Notes under the pieces: model-generated
Seen by the model: the letters and a program-made list of their open reading frames with translations, nothing else
Database searches by the model: none
Told to the model about the DNA's origin: nothing
NCBI GenBank assembly: GCA_963817895.1
Contig: CAWFQB010000005.1
Location: 736,001-800,000, forward strand
Source of the DNA: an uncultured Chthonomonadaceae bacterium
GTDB taxonomy: Bacteria; Armatimonadota; Chthonomonadetes; Chthonomonadales; Chthonomonadaceae
Direction of reading: 5' to 3'
DNA: 64,000 nt
Shown here: in pieces, positions 61,760 to 64,000 of the stretch
How positions within the stretch are numbered: the stretch's first letter is position 1
Layout of the letters: the number at the start of each line of letters is the position of its first letter
Position numbers and translations under genes: made by a program

Positions 61760-62041
61760 GTGCGCGACACAGATAAAATCATTCGCGGTTCCGGCAATGT
61801 GTTTGCGGACTTAGGACTTCCCAATGCGGATGAGGAGCTGGCAAAGGCGAAACTGGCGCTGGCTATTCTGCGTCAAATCAAGTCGCGAGGCTTAACACAA
61901 ACAGAAGTTGCCGCGCTGATTGGTACCGACCGGGCGAAAGTCAATCAATTGCGGCGTGGTAAACTGTCCACCGTCACTTATGATCATCTGGTACGCATCC
62001 TGAGAGCATTGGGTTGTGATGAAATTATCAAAGACCGCTAA
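61760..62041 (+). CDS. XRE/HTH_37 antitoxin-like regulator (orphan)
   Basis: GSGNVFADLGL, GLTQTEVA..IG..RAKV..L..GKL. Confidence 0.8.
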   Translation: MRDTDKIIRGSGNVFADLGLPNADEELAKAKLALAILRQIKSRGLTQTEVAALIGTDRAKVNQLRRGKLSTVTYDHLVRILRALGCDEIIKDR

Positions 62042-62076
62042 TCGCCTCAACGATTGTGCAGAATAACGATGAAAAT

Positions 62077-62106
62077 AAACCCCGCAACCATTGGCTGCGG
62101 GGTTTT
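62077..62106. terminator. Bidirectional intrinsic terminator
   Basis: aaaccccgca-accattggc-tgcggggtttt. Confidence 0.7.
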
Positions 62107-62121
62107 GCGTACAACGTTCGG

Positions 62122-62785
62122 CTACTTTTTCAGTTTGGATTTGAACTTCTGGCGGAACTCGGCGATTTCGGGCGCGATGACGTTTTTGCAGTAGCCCTGT
62201 TCCGGGTGCAGGTTGTAGTAGTTCGTGTGGTAATCCTCGGCGCGGTAGAAGGTTCGTGAACGGCTGCACCTTGACGACAATCGGGTTGGGCCATACTTTT
62301 TTCTGCGTGAACTTCTGTATCATCTCTTCCGCCGCCTGCTTCTGCTCGGGCGTCCGGTAGAAGATGATGGAACGGTACTGCGGCCCCTCGTCGTTGCCCT
62401 GCCGGTTGACGCTGGTTGGGTCGCGCACGGTCAGCAGCACTTCCAACAGGTCGCGGTACGTAATCACTTTCGGGTCGAAGGTGATGTTCAGGGTTTCGGC
62501 GTGGCCGGTCGTTCCCGTTTCCACCTGCTCGTAGGTGGGTTTGGCGACTTTGCCGCCCGCGTACCCGGATTCGGCCTTTTCCACGCCCTTCAACTGGTTG
62601 AAAATGGCTTCCATGCTCCAGAAGCATCCTGCCGCGAATGTCGCCACCTCCTTGCCCCCGGAACCTCCGGCGGGCGGTTTGGGCGCTGCCATCAGCGACG
62701 GGGCCAAAATGCCCGTCAAAAGCATTGTCATTGCGCCCGCAAAAAAAGTTCGGCGCGTATGTCGCGTGTTTCGTTGAATGTTCAT
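62122..62785 (-). CDS. msrA: Peptide-methionine (S)-S-oxide reductase, exported (frameshift near 62250)
   Basis: AGCFW, GY.GG, TGHAE and RQGND.G.QYRS; FYRAEDYH...GYC in another frame ending TAG 62122; RRTFF Tat-like signal. Confidence 0.92.
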
Positions 62786-62904
62786 TGGTTGCTGTTCTCC
62801 TGTTTTATGTGCGGATACCTGATTAACAAATACGCGCCGGAAGAAGTTCCCATTCCCGAATACGAGCGTAAATCAATCGCTTCCGCCCTGTTGGTATCAG
62901 GTGA

Positions 62905-64000
62905 TTACGGTTTTGGAGGGTGCGCGAGATAATCAGGCATGGGATAGTGGAACACGGGCGCGTAACTGTCGTCGGGCTTGCGGGCAGGCGTTCCGCCGTC
63001 GAACTTGCCGGTTTCTCCCACACTGTATACGACAAACCCTTTGCCTTCGTGACGATAGCGTAGCGGTTTGCCATCAAACGGGTCGGCGGGAACCGTTTTC
63101 ATAATCTGGTTCAGCGTGTCTGGAAATTGGCCGCGCTGCTGTTTCCACGCCAGCACGGACGCGGCAGCGCGGACTACAGCCGCCTGCGCCCGGTTTTGAG
63201 CCTGCTTTGTTGCCGCCTGCGCGAAAACCGGGAGAAAAACGCCTGTTAGAACGTAGTTGCTGTCGTCCTTCTTGCTTTCCAGCCGCGCCTCTGTCGCCTT
63301 CAACGGAGGACGCGCTTCCCAAAAAGGCAGGTCTACCGTCAGGGCCGTTTGTTTGATTTCTCGCAACAGAACACTCTCATTGTTGTTAAGAAATTTCTGC
63401 CAGTTGGCGGATTGCTGTAGGCCGAACCTTTGCGCCTGTCCCTTGAAGCCATCACCCTCCAACACGCCTCCCCAATCTTTCAGAGAACCCGGCCCCGCTT
63501 TTCGTAACCGTTCTATTTCCACGGTCGCCATGACAAACTCGCCGCCCATTCCATATTTAAGGCTATGCGGCTTCCAGTGTTGCGCAATGGCCTGTTCCAC
63601 CGCCTGCGCTACACCGGGCTGTTCTCCAGAAGCGTACAGAACTTTTTCCATGCCGCGCAGGGTGATTGCGTCCAGCGCGATGGCGACAAGGTTGGCGATG
63701 ATTATCGGGTCGGAATCGGCATGTTGCGCCATCTGAAACCCCAGTGACTGATTTTGAATGGCGTCCAGCGGTTTGCCATCCGCCAGCAGGAGTGTACTCT
63801 CCGCCGTCAATGCGCGAATGCCCGCCCTCATTCTCGCGTATTCCGGCAGCAGCAGGCTCGCGCCCTGCGCATAATTGCGGTTAAAATCGCAGTACGGACG
63901 CTTCGCCGCCGCATGTACTCGCGTTAGAATGTCCTGACGATGCTGTACCGCCTGCCGCAACTGTTCCTGTTCCTGCGGAGTTGGTAATTTAACGCCCCGA
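62905..64000 (-). CDS. Hypothetical protein with GspG-like C-terminal motif, 5' end beyond the window
   Basis: G.FPDTL.....P.DPFDGKPLRY....FVVYSVG....DGG; the frame is open to the window edge. Confidence 0.6.
   Translation of the reverse strand, partial: RGVKLPTPQEQEQLRQAVQHRQDILTRVHAAAKRPYCDFNRNYAQGASLLLPEYARMRAGIRALTAESTLLLADGKPLDAIQNQSLGFQMAQHADSDPIIIANLVAIALDAITLRGMEKVLYASGEQPGVAQAVEQAIAQHWKPHSLKYGMGGEFVMATVEIERLRKAGPGSLKDWGGVLEGDGFKGQAQRFGLQQSANWQKFLNNNESVLLREIKQTALTVDLPFWEARPPLKATEARLESKKDDSNYVLTGVFLPVFAQAATKQAQNRAQAAVVRAAASVLAWKQQRGQFPDTLNQIMKTVPADPFDGKPLRYRHEGKGFVVYSVGETGKFDGGTPARKPDDSYAPVFHYPMPDYLAHPPKP

Overview
A GC-rich bacterial chromosomal window. Three PEP-CTERM proteins, an H-X9-DG prepilin-like protein, DUF1800 and abundant heptamer-repeat hairpins suggest a diderm such as Armatimonadota; this is inference only. 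Housekeeping genes (folC, sua5/tsaC, recJ, glyA, msrA, wrbA, a xylose-isomerase-like gene) are mixed with many secreted and surface proteins. About 14 genes are split by single-base frameshifts, most likely long-read indel errors. Highlights: (1) a three-gene operon of an AsnB-like ATP amide ligase lacking the N-terminal Cys, a RaSEA/TIGR01210-like radical SAM enzyme and a flavin-dependent halogenase (8821-12766); (2) a non-phage module of three tail-collar paralogues, a GNAT and DUF6916 beside a 1682-aa SBBP/Ig-repeat surface protein and a PEP-CTERM partner (30086-38741); (3) two near-identical c-di-GMP-I riboswitches, each with a repeat-hairpin insertion, upstream of a PEP-CTERM protein with thioester-domain motifs and of a Cys-rich SdrD-B protein (57817-60475); (4) a REP/REPIN-like family with nested GTAG-type REPs, one copy hit by an IS701-like element with perfect 17-bp TIRs and a 7-bp TSD; (5) a secreted Ig-domain Lon-type protease, a sigma-54 promoter before a PEP-CTERM gene, and heptamer repeats inserted in frame in an ArnT-like gene. 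All family assignments come from motif recognition by eye; no searches were run.
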